Below, in pieces: positions 1 through 10,559 of a stretch of DNA of 64,000 nucleotides. How positions within the stretch are numbered: the first letter of the stretch is position 1; every line of letters begins with the position of its first letter. The stretch comes from a virus (Duplodnaviria > Caudoviricetes), in IMG/VR virus record IMGVR_UViG_3300033075_000639, positions 6,167 through 70,166 of that record, one strand, 5' to 3'. Position numbers and translations under genes: made by a program. The notes under the pieces are model-generated. The model ran no database searches, had not been told where the DNA came from, and worked only from the letters and a program-made list of their open reading frames with translations.

Positions 1-233
1 ACGCCATATTTTTTCAAACACGTAAGTTTTCTTTTTTCTTTACTTCTTTTTGGATGATTAGATTTCTGTCGTATCAGATTATTCGGAACAGCAACGAATT
101 CACCAAAATCAATATCAACAAACGTACATTTAGTTTTAGTATCAATATATGTTGATTCAACTAGTTCAACTATGCCACCATGACTTATGATTAGGCGGTC
201 TTTAATTTGTTGAACTGTTGGTCGTTTATGCAT
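1..233 (-). CDS. Homing-endonuclease-like protein, N-terminal part (runs off left edge)
   Basis: My translation from ATG 233: MHKRPTVQQIKDRLIISHGGIVELVESTYIDTKTKCTFVD...KRKLTCLKKYG. The open frame reaches base 1. The 'TCLKKYG' and 'Y..TKTKC' motifs resemble N-termini of phage endonuclease-like proteins. Not in the supplied ORF track. Confidence 0.45.
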   Translation of the reverse strand, partial: MHKRPTVQQIKDRLIISHGGIVELVESTYIDTKTKCTFVDIDFGEFVAVPNNLIRQKSNHPKRSKEKRKLTCLKKYG

Positions 234-291
234 AAATCATGAATTCTTCGCGGACGATACGTCGAATTTTTTCTTCAGATTGACTAGTCAT
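226..291 (-). CDS. Possible 21-aa peptide MTSQSEEKIRRIVREEFMIYA
   Basis: ATG at 291, TAA at 226-228. It fills the gap between two genes and carries the 'IRxIVREE' motif seen at the N-termini of neighbouring small proteins. Confidence 0.3.
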   Translation of the reverse strand: MTSQSEEKIRRIVREEFMIYA

Positions 292-297
292 TGATTA

Positions 298-672
298 TAA
301 AAATTTAACTCGATTAGCCATTTTACGATCTTCTGCATCACTTCCGCCGCCAATTTTTAGTTTGTGTTGCGGAGCTTTTCCACCTGAACGAAAATCACCT
401 TCTGCGACTCGCTGCTCAAGTTCAGGCAAAACATTTCTTGCGCACGACATAAGTGCATCTTTAAATTCTTCACATACGGCCATGAGTACATCGTCATCAT
501 CAGTATGTTCTTGAAAGTGTGTTTCGACTACGGGCATGATTGATTCTTCAACACAATTTATAAACCATTCATCGACACCGACATTATTTTTTACTTCAGT
601 CAATTTGTGTAGTTTTTTTACTTCAGTGGCAATTAGATTACGTAGTTGTTTTTGTGTAAGAATTTGTGACAT
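298..672 (-). CDS. Hypothetical protein with N-terminal QLxxLIxxE motif
   Basis: Likely start ATG 672 (MSQILTQKQLRNLIATEV). The upstream extension in the track contains an in-frame TTA (727-729). Ends TTT TTA TAA (standard end 295). Confidence 0.7.
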
Positions 673-673
673 A

Positions 674-1024
674 TTAATTTCCTTTTCCGGCGAGTGCTTC
701 TGACCATGAAGATTCAAGCACTTGACTAACTTTTGCAATTACACCTTCAGAATGTTTTTGAGCCAATGATTCAAGTTGATCATATGCCGCATCATCAAAT
801 TCGCGTGTTTCAGGATTGTACTTGTCTTTATGCTGCAACATTAGATTTGCTAGCAAAGAGCTACGATAAAATCGTTCAAGATCACCCAAAGCTTTACCGA
901 TGTTTTGTTTTTCTAGTGGTGATTCAACTGCTTTTTCATTTTGAAATGCAGGTGAAACACTCAACTCTTGAATAACGCTCTCACGAATAATAGAACGCAA
1001 TTGTTTGAGTGAAACTTTTTTCAT
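674..1024 (-). CDS. Hypothetical protein with N-terminal QLxxIIxE motif
   Basis: 116-aa ORF (MKKVSLKQLRSIIRESV), co-oriented and tightly packed, TAA stop. Confidence 0.75.
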   Translation of the reverse strand: MKKVSLKQLRSIIRESVIQELSVSPAFQNEKAVESPLEKQNIGKALGDLERFYRSSLLANLMLQHKDKYNPETREFDDAAYDQLESLAQKHSEGVIAKVSQVLESSWSEALAGKGN

Positions 1025-1413
1025 AAAAACCCTGCGGTTTCTTCAACTGCTAGCTTCATGTATTTTTCAATTACGGCTAGCAACTCAGTTTTCATATCAT
1101 TTGCATATTCATTGACTAGCATATGCATTGATTCGTCATCTTCAACATCAGGTGGTGATGCTTCGTATGCAATACTTCCAACAAGCGTGGTAAATTCCCC
1201 AACGACTGGGTCAAGTGCTTGTTCCATTAGTTCTCTGGCAGTCTCTTCAAAATTCCATGTGTGCATACCTGTCTGTTTGTCATCATCTTCGCCAGATGCA
1301 TCAAATGGACCAAACTTTTCTGTAAGCTTGGCTTTCTTCGAAAATTTTGAAACTTCTTCATTAACAAGTTTGTTTAGTAGTCGTGGTGTAATTTTGATTA
1401 TTTTGTTTTTCAT
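1024..1413 (-). CDS. Hypothetical acidic protein (ITPRLLNKLVNEE motif)
   Basis: Ends TTT TTA TGA; the TTA overlaps the next ATG as TTATG (standard end 1021). Confidence 0.75.
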
Positions 1414-1423
1414 AATTTTCTCT

Positions 1424-1873
1424 TAACTCGCTACGAATATCATCTGCACCAGTCGAGCCGGCAAAAATAACGGCTTCAGATCCCATACCCGCAGCCCATT
1501 CTTGAAGTGCACGCCTAATCGTTTCAAAGCAATCTCTTTGATGATCATCCATCATATCGTTATTTGTTAGTTCTTCATACAATTCAGAATATGTCACACG
1601 CGATGACGCGCCAGACATCGCGTGTTCATTCATTATTTTGACAATTATTCTTATTGCTGATTTGAAAAATTCATCCATGAATTGACTAGTTTGTTGATCA
1701 ATAGCCGATTCAAGACGCTCATTCAATACTTGATCGACTATTGACATGTCAACTGTCATTGGATCAGGTCCCTGTTCAAACAACGGCTTCTTTCTACGAG
1801 ATTCCATTATTGATTGAACTTCGTCCTGAATCATGTCATTAATAATTTTCGATTGTCGTGGCGTCAGTCTCAT
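1424..1873 (-). CDS. Hypothetical protein (MRLTPRQ...IQDEV)
   Basis: First in-frame TTA at 1424-1426, 10 nt before the next ATG. The standard-code reading runs to 1361, overlapping the next gene by 53 nt. Confidence 0.7.
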
Positions 1874-1898
1874 GAATAAAACTCCAATGATCTAAATA

Positions 1899-4376
1899 TA
1901 AAGAACATTTGCTATTGCCACAATCAAAGCACGTGACACAACCTTGTTCATATCTTAGATTAGATGTTGCGCCGCACTTTGGACATGATTTTACATGAAC
2001 TGGAACAGTTCCATCAGCAATGTAACTCTTTCCTAGAACACGAGCAATAACAGAAGAAAATGACGTAACATCACTATGCTTATCTTTTCTTAGTTGTTCA
2101 ACAAGATACTGAACTGGGACACCATGACGAAGTGCCAGTGACAACGTTCGTGTAAATGCGCCATAAACTGGATTGTCAAATAGATCAACGATATCCTTGA
2201 ACAGGAGTTCGGCCTCTCCTTCGACCTCAATTCGTAGATTGTATGTTGTTACACCTGATTTCTTGCCATTTTTTACAAGATAACCACGTGCCGCCTTTTT
2301 AGGCACTTCTACTTGTTCAGAAAGTCCAGCAAATATCTCATAAGGTCGCCCATCCATTAGTCCTACAAAAACAAGATATTGAACACCCTTTACAACTGCA
2401 CGATGAATATCACATTGCAGTTCTTTTGGACGCTTCGGTGCATGTGTTTCGATGATCAATTCACGTCCTTGCTCTGACGGCGTATCATCTTTCAACAGAA
2501 CACCATCACGTGAACCGTCACGATAAATTGTAACACCTTTGCAACCGGTTTCCCAACCGCGCATGTATACATCTTTTACGACGTCAACTGTTGTATCGCT
2601 TGGAATGTTCGTTGTGTTTGAAATTGCATGACAAATCCACTTCTGTGCAGCTGCTTGAACATCAATTTTCTTAACCCAGTTGATGTCATTGCTGGTTGCG
2701 CCCCAATATGGACTCTTCGTAGGATCTGTTTCGCCAGTTACGTCCATCCATTTTTTGAATCCTGGGTGATACACGGTATATTCTTGCCATTTGTCACCCA
2801 TGGCATCAACAAAATCCACACGTGCTTCTTGATCTCCAGGATTAATCTTTCTACGTCGTTTGTAGCTCGTAAGAAATGCAGGTTCACAACCGCTTGTGGT
2901 TTGTGTCAAAATTGAAACAGATCCTGCAGGTGCTGTTGTTGTCAATGCAATATTTCGTCGACCATAACGCCCATAATCTTCACGCATTTCATCATCACAT
3001 GACATTATTTGCTCAATAAATTCATGTCCACTTTCAAGAGAATAATCATACGCAGGAAATGGTCTACGATCACGAGCCATATCAATTGATTTACGATATG
3101 CATTAATCGCAAGATTCTTATAAATTTTTCCTGTCATCTCGACAGATTCGTCAGATCCGTACTTGATCCCCAAATATGCTAGCGTATCACCAAGCGCAGT
3201 AATACCAAGACCGGTACGTCGACCCAAAAGAGCAACACGTTGAATATCTTGCCATAGATTTAGTTCAACACTCTTAATGTCATCAGGTTCAGGATCTGAC
3301 TGAATTTTCTGTACTATCTTTTCAATAGCTTCAAGCTCAAGATCGATTAGATCATCCATCAATTGCTGCGCTTTTTGAACAACCGCAGCGTAACGTGGGA
3401 AATCAAATCTTGCATTTGATGTAAATGGATCAATAACAAAATTTGCAAGATTAACAAGCAGGAGTCGACACGAATCAAATGGGGAAAGACAGATTTCCCC
3501 ACACGGGTTCGTAGATGATGACAAAAAACTACGATAAATATCGGCAGGCCCGCGGCGGTGAACAGTATCCCAAAATAGCAAACCGGGTTCAGCAGATTCA
3601 TGTGCCGCAGAAATAATTTCATGCCACAGTTCTTTTGCTGAAACATATTCTGAAACGCTGTGTTTAACATCTTTTTCAACAGGAAAACGAAGTTGAACTG
3701 GTTCGTCGTTTTTAACAGCATTCATGAACTCATCTGTCAAACGAATTGAAATGTTCGCACCCGTGACTTTTTTCTTGTCTCGTTTGATGTTTATAAACGT
3801 TCGAATTTCTGGATGGTGTACAGAAATTGTCAACATTAGCGCACCGCGCCGACCACCCTGAGCAATACCACGAGTTGTTGTAGAAAATTGCTCCATGAAG
3901 ACGCCAATTCCGTCGGTTGTTCGAGCAGCATTTGCAGTTTCAACGCCCTTTGGTCGAATCGTAGAAATATCAAAACCAACACCACCACGACGCTTCATAA
4001 TTTGAGCGAGCTGTTCTGTTGTTCTGAAAATGCCACCGATTGAATCGTATGGTGGTTCGATAACAAAACAATTTGACAATGATTGATATTGAAATGGATT
4101 ACCAATTGCAGACATTGGTGAACCTTGTGGAACAACATCCCAATTTGCAAAAAGTTCATATATCTCATCATATGACATGGAGTTCGGATAATTTTGTTCA
4201 ATTCGAGCAAATTCCCTGGCCAACCTTTTATGCATGTCATCTGGTGAACTTTCATACCATTGACCACTTAGATCTTGTAGTGCATACTTAGAAGCAAATA
4301 CTTCGGCTGCAAGATCATCTCCATCAAAATAAACAAGTGATTCATCACGAACTTGTTGATACGTGAATTTCTTCAT
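1899..4376 (-). CDS. nrdJ: Class II (B12-dependent) ribonucleotide reductase with C-terminal Zn-ribbon
   Basis: Motifs SLSNCFV, GGVGFDIS, TNPCGEI and TTAPAGSVS; C-terminus CPKCG...CVTCFDCGNSKCS followed directly by TTA (1899-1901). Start ATG 4376 after GGAG, with an in-frame TTA immediately upstream of it. Confidence 0.92.
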
Positions 4377-4485
4377 TAAAATTTCTCCACAACGTAAAAT
4401 AGCATTGCGCTGGCCAAGCGATTTATCATGCTCTAGAGTAGACATAACTATCAGATAACTTGATTCAGAAACTAGAAAGTTTCTT

Positions 4486-5925
4486 TCATTTTTCATCATC
4501 ATCATTAGATGGTTTTTTCATATGGTTTCCGATGACGGGATCATTTTTTAGTTCGTTCCATTTTTCTCGTAGGGCACGTTTAACTTCGCTTTCGTCTTGT
4601 TTGATTGCAGTGTCAAGAGAACCTGCTTCACCAAGAATTTCGAAATTACTACGTGCTGTATCGATCCGAATTGGAAAAACTAGACCGTCACGACCCGCAC
4701 GATTCTTAGCAACGTACAATCGTCCAGCACCTGATGATTTCTCATGAGCCCGTCTTGAAATACTAAGAACAACGTCAGCAACCATCGCCTTTCCATATGC
4801 TTCACTCATATTTCCAAGATCGACAATATCACTAGCAGCACCCTCTTTGTTTGATTGTGAAGCAGTCCAAATTGGAACTGCTTTTTCAGATGCAAATCCA
4901 CGAAGTTCTTCATATACCAATTTTAGTTCGTGTCGCAATGAATCATATTGACGTGTAGATCTCATAATATCAGCATAATCAATTACTATCAGACCCGGGC
5001 GAAATCCCTTAACTTCAAGTCTTTCAATATGTGCTCTAATCGTATAGATGCTGCATGTATTTGTTGGAAATTCCTTAATGATTAGCCTTCCCAACTTCAT
5101 ATCTTTATACTTTTCTAGAACACTATCTTTGTTATCGATGACTTTATTTGAATCTAGATCACAAAGATTCGAGTCATAACGCAAACCTACTGCTGCTTCT
5201 GATAGCTCGAATGTATAATGAAGAACATCAACACCGCTACGAAGTGCTGCGGCACCAAGATACGTCAACATGTGTGACTTACCAACACCGGTGTTCGCAA
5301 GAATAATACCAATTTCACCGGCACCTAGACCACCATTCAGAATATCACGCCTGTCAAGTTCTGTTAGTCCAGTGGCGATTGCGTTTCTCTGCAATCGAGT
5401 AAATCTGCTTTCATAGTCATTAAAAAAGTCATGACCCAACTGTGGTGCTGTTCCAACCATCACAGCCTTTTTAATGCCTTCAACAATTGATTCGTACTTT
5501 TCAGCCTGAATCTGATCAACTGCAACTTCAAGTGCAGCCTTAAGAGCTTGCTTACGACAAAAATCAAGCGTTTTCTCTTTTACGAACTGCAAATCACCTG
5601 GATCAGGATTTGCTTTCATCCTCTGAAGATAATCGATAATCTGATCTTGTACGATCTTATCTGTTCCGATCTTCAATTCATCACGAATAATCGTGATAAG
5701 CAACTGCATCGTCGGATAAACCTTATATTTCTTAGCATAAGCAAAATACTTCTCAGCAAGAAATTGCAAATACTTTGGTTCCAAATACGAAACCTCAAAA
5801 ACTTCGAGCATCTGCTCAGCAAATACTTTGTCACTAAGAAGTGCTTGTACGATTTTTTCTTGAAAATATTTCCCCTGTGTTGCAAATGACGCCGACGTTT
5901 TAACTGCTGGTTTTTCTTCACTCAT
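4486..5925 (-). CDS. Replicative DNA helicase (T4 gp41/DnaB-like)
   Basis: Walker A ANTGVGKS, Walker B LIVIDYAD, TASQSN, VAKNRAGRDG. Confidence 0.92.
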   Translation of the reverse strand: MSEEKPAVKTSASFATQGKYFQEKIVQALLSDKVFAEQMLEVFEVSYLEPKYLQFLAEKYFAYAKKYKVYPTMQLLITIIRDELKIGTDKIVQDQIIDYLQRMKANPDPGDLQFVKEKTLDFCRKQALKAALEVAVDQIQAEKYESIVEGIKKAVMVGTAPQLGHDFFNDYESRFTRLQRNAIATGLTELDRRDILNGGLGAGEIGIILANTGVGKSHMLTYLGAAALRSGVDVLHYTFELSEAAVGLRYDSNLCDLDSNKVIDNKDSVLEKYKDMKLGRLIIKEFPTNTCSIYTIRAHIERLEVKGFRPGLIVIDYADIMRSTRQYDSLRHELKLVYEELRGFASEKAVPIWTASQSNKEGAASDIVDLGNMSEAYGKAMVADVVLSISRRAHEKSSGAGRLYVAKNRAGRDGLVFPIRIDTARSNFEILGEAGSLDTAIKQDESEVKRALREKWNELKNDPVIGNHMKKPSNDDDEK

Positions 5926-6898
5926 TATTTTTTCCTATTTTGACATTTTCAATACAGTTGAACGGATAAAAAAAATCTTCTACGTTGAAATCATTTATAC
6001 CTTCACGTACCAAGCATTTTATAAGCCCCATTTTATTGACTGAAGGCTCAAATGTATTGACAAGATGGTCAACTTTACTGGCTTGTGATTGTGACAACAT
6101 GCCGCCATCAAGATATACCAATTTCCAATTACGTTTCAATATATCTTCATGATCTGCAATTCGTTGATACAGTGGGCTTTCATCAGAATGTGAATGACAA
6201 AAATTAATGACGTCTTCAAGTAGAACATCATTTTCAAGTGTTATGAACGGCAAAACACGTGCAACTGTCTTAAATCCCATTCCTTTGATTCCAGGAATGT
6301 TATCTGATGGATCGCCACACAGGGCTTTAGCTAGTGCAAAATTCTTCGGTTGAACTCGAAATTCTTCGAGAACATCTTTGCTTGAAACATATGCTTTTTT
6401 ATGCAATGAATAAATCTTGGTGTTTTCATCCAGCAATTGGTACATGTCTTTATCAGATGATGCAATCACTTTTGGAACACTTGAAAACAATTGACGTGCT
6501 AGATACGCAACTACATCATCGCCTTCACAGTCAGATACGTACAATTGACATACTGGGATACATTTCAACATAGACAACAATGCAATTATCTGATGTTTCT
6601 TGTTTTCTTCTGAATCCGGCAAGTCATCGCCATAAAAACGATTTAGTTTTTCTGGTTTTCGTGACAACTTATATTCAGAATACAGCGCACGACGCTTATT
6701 AGATCCACCACCTTCCCATGCAATGTATACATGCGATGGACCAATTTCATTAACAAGTTTACGTAGCGTTTTTAGAAACCCAATAGTCCCACCCATATGA
6801 TAACCATGCGTACTCATTTGTGGGTACGCAGCATATGCACGTATAAAAACGTTCATCGCATCGATGATAAGAATTGGTCGTTGTTCAACTGATGACAT
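5918..6898 (-). CDS. 5'-3' exonuclease / flap endonuclease (T4 RNase H-like)
   Basis: IIDAMN, EGDDVVA, SSDKDMYQL, LCGDPSDNIPGIKGMG motifs. Confidence 0.9.
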   Translation of the reverse strand: MSSVEQRPILIIDAMNVFIRAYAAYPQMSTHGYHMGGTIGFLKTLRKLVNEIGPSHVYIAWEGGGSNKRRALYSEYKLSRKPEKLNRFYGDDLPDSEENKKHQIIALLSMLKCIPVCQLYVSDCEGDDVVAYLARQLFSSVPKVIASSDKDMYQLLDENTKIYSLHKKAYVSSKDVLEEFRVQPKNFALAKALCGDPSDNIPGIKGMGFKTVARVLPFITLENDVLLEDVINFCHSHSDESPLYQRIADHEDILKRNWKLVYLDGGMLSQSQASKVDHLVNTFEPSVNKMGLIKCLVREGINDFNVEDFFYPFNCIENVKIGKNNE

Positions 6899-6945
6899 AT
6901 ATCAATTCTACACAACGACCGTTTCTCAGTACACGACTATTAATT

Positions 6946-7386
6946 TAACTTGCCCGTTGAACCAAACCCACCTGAGGCTCTATCTGTCTCACTCAACGGC
7001 TCTTCAGACCGCCAGAATGATGCTCGATATACTTGTGAAAATACCAATTGGGCTATTCTGTCGCCTTTTCTGATAATAAATGGTTCAGTACCGTGATTGA
7101 TTAGAATCACCTTAACTTCACCGCGATAATCACTGTCGACAGTTCCTGGTGAATTTAGGACGACAACCTTGTGTTTGAGTGCCATTCCGGATCTAGAGCG
7201 AACTTGACCTTCGAACCCAGTTGGGATTTCAAGATAAAGACCGGTGCCAACAGCAGTAACACCTCCGTTTGGAGGAACAAAAGAGTCATGTGATGCAGCA
7301 AGATCACAACCAGCAGATTCCGCTGTCTGATACGTCGGTTGTTTTTCAACGCCACAAAACTTAACAAGAATTCCTTCGAGCATCAT
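6946..7386 (-). CDS. dut: dUTPase (trimeric)
   Basis: SAGCDL, RSRSG, GTVDSDYRGE; motif 5 RASGGFGSTGK followed directly by TTA (6946-6948; standard end 6940). Confidence 0.95.
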
Positions 7387-8603
7387 AACTCATCTCCTTC
7401 ATCATCGTCTGTAGGTGATTCACCTTCGTCACTAACTGCTTGGCCTCCGTGTGTAACATATGCAGCGTCAATAACTTTGTCAAGCCACGGCTTGTAAAGA
7501 GGGTCTTTAATCATGTCACCAAATTCAGATTTGTAGAACTTTTTCTCAAGAAATATTTCACCTGTTTCAACATCTGAAACCTTAAATTCTTTCCAAGCAC
7601 CCGTTCCAGCAACTGATATATCAACTTTTGATACATTCCCTTTTGCATCTTTGTATTCTGTCAACACTTTATTTGCTGCACAATGTGCCCTGACAGTATC
7701 AAAAATAAATTCATGTTCAACAATTCCCTTCCCAAAAATAATATCAAAGAAGTGCTTTCGGAAAGGTGGCGCAACTTTATTCTTCTTGGTCGTCATAATA
7801 ACATGAATACCAACAATATTTCCTTTTGCATCTTTTACTTGAGTTCCGGACGTCAAACGAATTCGAAGTGATGCATGATAAGGAATGGCTTTCCCGCCAG
7901 GTGTGATATCAGGATCACCATGTGTTACACCAATAGCTGTTCTTAGTTGATTAAGACATAGCAACGTAACATTATTTTGACCAATCACACCAGTCAATTT
8001 TCGCATACCCTTACTGATTACACGAGCTTGCAAACCAACTGTATTTTGATCATAATCACCGTCAAGTTCAGCCTTGGGTGATGAAGCGGCTACTGAGTCC
8101 CAAATTACGAGAATAGGAACGCCCTTTGCAACAATCTGTTTCGCTTTAAGAACAGTACTTTCAATGATTGAAAATACTTCTTCTGTGCAGTGTGTATCGC
8201 AATAAACAAATTTCTTAGCAACGTTGATACCCATGTCACGCAACTTTTCTATTGGCGTCGCGTTTTCTGTATCGATATAGACAACTAGACCGCCTTGAGC
8301 TTGCGTTACTGCCGCAGCATGATATGCTAGATGAGACTTACCAATAGAAGGCGGGCCAGAAATTTCAATAACTCTTCCTTCTGGATATCCTCCACCCGCA
8401 GCATTTCTGATCGCATAATTAAGCTGGATTGATCCTGTGTCTAGCCAACGTTTAACGGTTGTGGGTGCTTCATCAACACCCAGATTATATGCAACTCTTT
8501 GACCAAATTCTTTGTTTAGATCACGAATAAGATTTTTCGTTAGTTCGTCAACATCTGACTCAGACTTTACAGTGTCATCAACGTCTTTTTTAGCTTTTAC
8601 CAT
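7386..8603 (-). CDS. recA: RecA/UvsX-like recombinase
   Basis: GRVIEISGPPSIGKS, YIDTENA, WDSVAA, LNQLR, TPGGKAIPYHAS. Ends GAG TTA TGA with a TTATG overlap onto dut. Confidence 0.92.
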
Positions 8604-8637
8604 TTTGTCCTCATAAAAATTTCACTATCTTAGAAAT

Positions 8638-8693
8638 AGAAAAACTCGATATGACCTCATGAATAAACACAAGAATCAATATCGAGTTTTTCT
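8638..8693. terminator. 15-bp inverted repeat between SSB and recA (terminator or processing hairpin)
   Basis: agaaaaactcgatat (8638-8652) and atatcgagtttttct (8679-8693) are exact reverse complements with a 26-nt spacer. Confidence 0.6.
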
Positions 8694-8706
8694 CGATTAT
8701 CTGTTA

Positions 8707-9597
8707 TAACTCTTCGTCTGTTAGTTCTTTGAACGCATCATCAAGCGACATTTGCTTGGGAGTTGCCTTCGAAGAATCATCGTCTTCATCAACCGGTGGC
8801 TTCTTCTTTGAACGAGCCGGTTTGACATCTTCAACTACTGCGCCGCCTGAAGCCTGACTTCTTACGTCCTTGACTAGTGCATCAAGTGCATCAGCAGCAG
8901 GAGCGGCACCACGAGGAGTGCCTTCGTCGGCAGATGGCGTATCACCGCCACTTAGCCATGCGTTGAGGACGTTCTCAATTTCTTCCTTTGACTTCAAACG
9001 ATACATGTCGTCAATGTTCGGAACGCCTTCCAACCAAGCTTCCATCTGTTTTACATCGTCGCTTATTTTTGAAGTCTTCGCTCTAAAATCAACTGTGGTG
9101 TCTGCAAATTGCTTGCCGGGTTGCTGAGTAATAGTAACCTTAAGATCATGACCGTCAAGAGGGTCAAGAATATCTCCGCAATCTTCATCAACAAAAAATC
9201 CTAGTAGACGTTGGTACACAATTTTGCCAAACGACCAAACCATCACACCCTTTTCTTCTTCACCACGAACAATAACTGGCGTATATGCTCGCATCTTTGG
9301 TTGCAATTTCTTTGCTAGCTCACGATCTGCAGGCTTGCCAGAACTATACAATTTACGAATCAAATCGTCAATCGGATCAGGCTTGCCAAACTGTTTGGGC
9401 GTCAAAATTCCGGAATTTGTACCGATGTAATAAAACCATCGCTCAACAAATGGTTGACCATCAGTTACATTCTTCCAAGGCAAACAACGAATTTTATACT
9501 CACCTGGTCCTGGTTTCCAGAGTTGGACAGAAGACGTCTTCTTCGTCCCATTCAATTGCGCCATACGCTTACGAATCAAATCTAGATCTATAGCCAT
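8707..9597 (-). CDS. ssDNA-binding protein (T4 gp32-like)
   Basis: LWKP..GEY.IR.LP, DPIDD, WSFGK.VY, DILDP..G.DL and an acidic tail (DDAFKELTDEE). Ends GAG TTA TAA. Confidence 0.85.
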
Positions 9598-9696
9598 ATT
9601 TTCCTTTTCCTATTCCGAATATTGGAATCTGATCACATCATGTGACCTTTATCCATTCTATCAAACGTTCCTCAAAAGTTCAAAACTTTGAACTTA

Positions 9697-9903
9697 TAAT
9701 CTTCTCTTGTGTTGAACTTTGTTCGAAACAGCAGCACCTACTACTGCGCCCGTACCTGAAAATTCAACAACATCTTCCGCTTTACCGCTATCCTCTTGTT
9801 CACTCTCATTTTCTTGTGGCTCTAGAAGTTGATTTGGAACGCGAGCATCTCTGTCTGCTTCCAAAATCAACTTAACATATTGCACAAGAAGTTGTTTGTT
9901 CAC
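9697..9903 (-). CDS. Small hypothetical protein
   Basis: GTG start 5 nt after ATACTTA; ends AGA TTA TAA. Confidence 0.55.
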
Positions 9904-9926
9904 ATCAATAAGTATGGATTAACCCC

Positions 9927-10523
9927 TCAAGTTGATTCAAATTCTACGTTTTTTTCTTGTCTCGTTGACAAATAGTCTGCTGTCATAACAACATGTGCAA
10001 GGATCGGCTCCTTAAGACAATAAGGCTTATTTTCATCAATCACAAATCCATCATTTAGAAGAATGGCGAGAAATTCATCTTGGGTTAGTGTCAGACCATA
10101 ATGTTGACACAAAAACACACTACGATGTGGAACTGACATAAATTGCATTTTCTTGTTGTAACCATACAGTTCACCACGCTTCTGTTGCCAGTCTTCTGCA
10201 TTCACGTAATAGTCGTCAACATGATCGCCAACTTTACCTAGATCGTGAAAAAGACAACTAATGATAAGTGACTCCTTAGGGATCTTCCAACCAAAAGTTT
10301 TCTTTAGCTGAATTGCATTTCCAAGAACACGCAACGAATGATCGATCAATCCACCTGGGAAAGCATTATGATAGTCCTTTTTTCCTGACGCAGGACAAAG
10401 TGCAAATCTTTCACCAAGAGAATCAACTAGATTAAGTGCATGTTCACTACGATCACCAAGATTCGAACACAGTGATCGTACTTTATTGTAATTTTCTTCA
10501 ATTTCTTCTGCTGTTAGCGACAT
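9927..10523 (-). CDS. HD-domain phosphohydrolase
   Basis: HNAFPGGLIDHSL.V, FHDLGK, ADYLS motifs. Confidence 0.85.
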   Translation of the reverse strand: MSLTAEEIEENYNKVRSLCSNLGDRSEHALNLVDSLGERFALCPASGKKDYHNAFPGGLIDHSLRVLGNAIQLKKTFGWKIPKESLIISCLFHDLGKVGDHVDDYYVNAEDWQQKRGELYGYNKKMQFMSVPHRSVFLCQHYGLTLTQDEFLAILLNDGFVIDENKPYCLKEPILAHVVMTADYLSTRQEKNVEFEST

Positions 10524-10529
10524 ACAATG

Positions 10530-10559
10530 ATATTATTGCTATAGTGTTATTGTGTACAA
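10530..10559 (-). promoter_or_regulatory. Putative sigma70-type early promoter TTGTAC-N18-TAATAT
   Basis: -35-like hexamer at 10554-10559 and -10-like at 10530-10535, 6 nt before the HD ATG. The same TTGTACAC/N18 layout occurs at 49882-49911. Confidence 0.35.
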
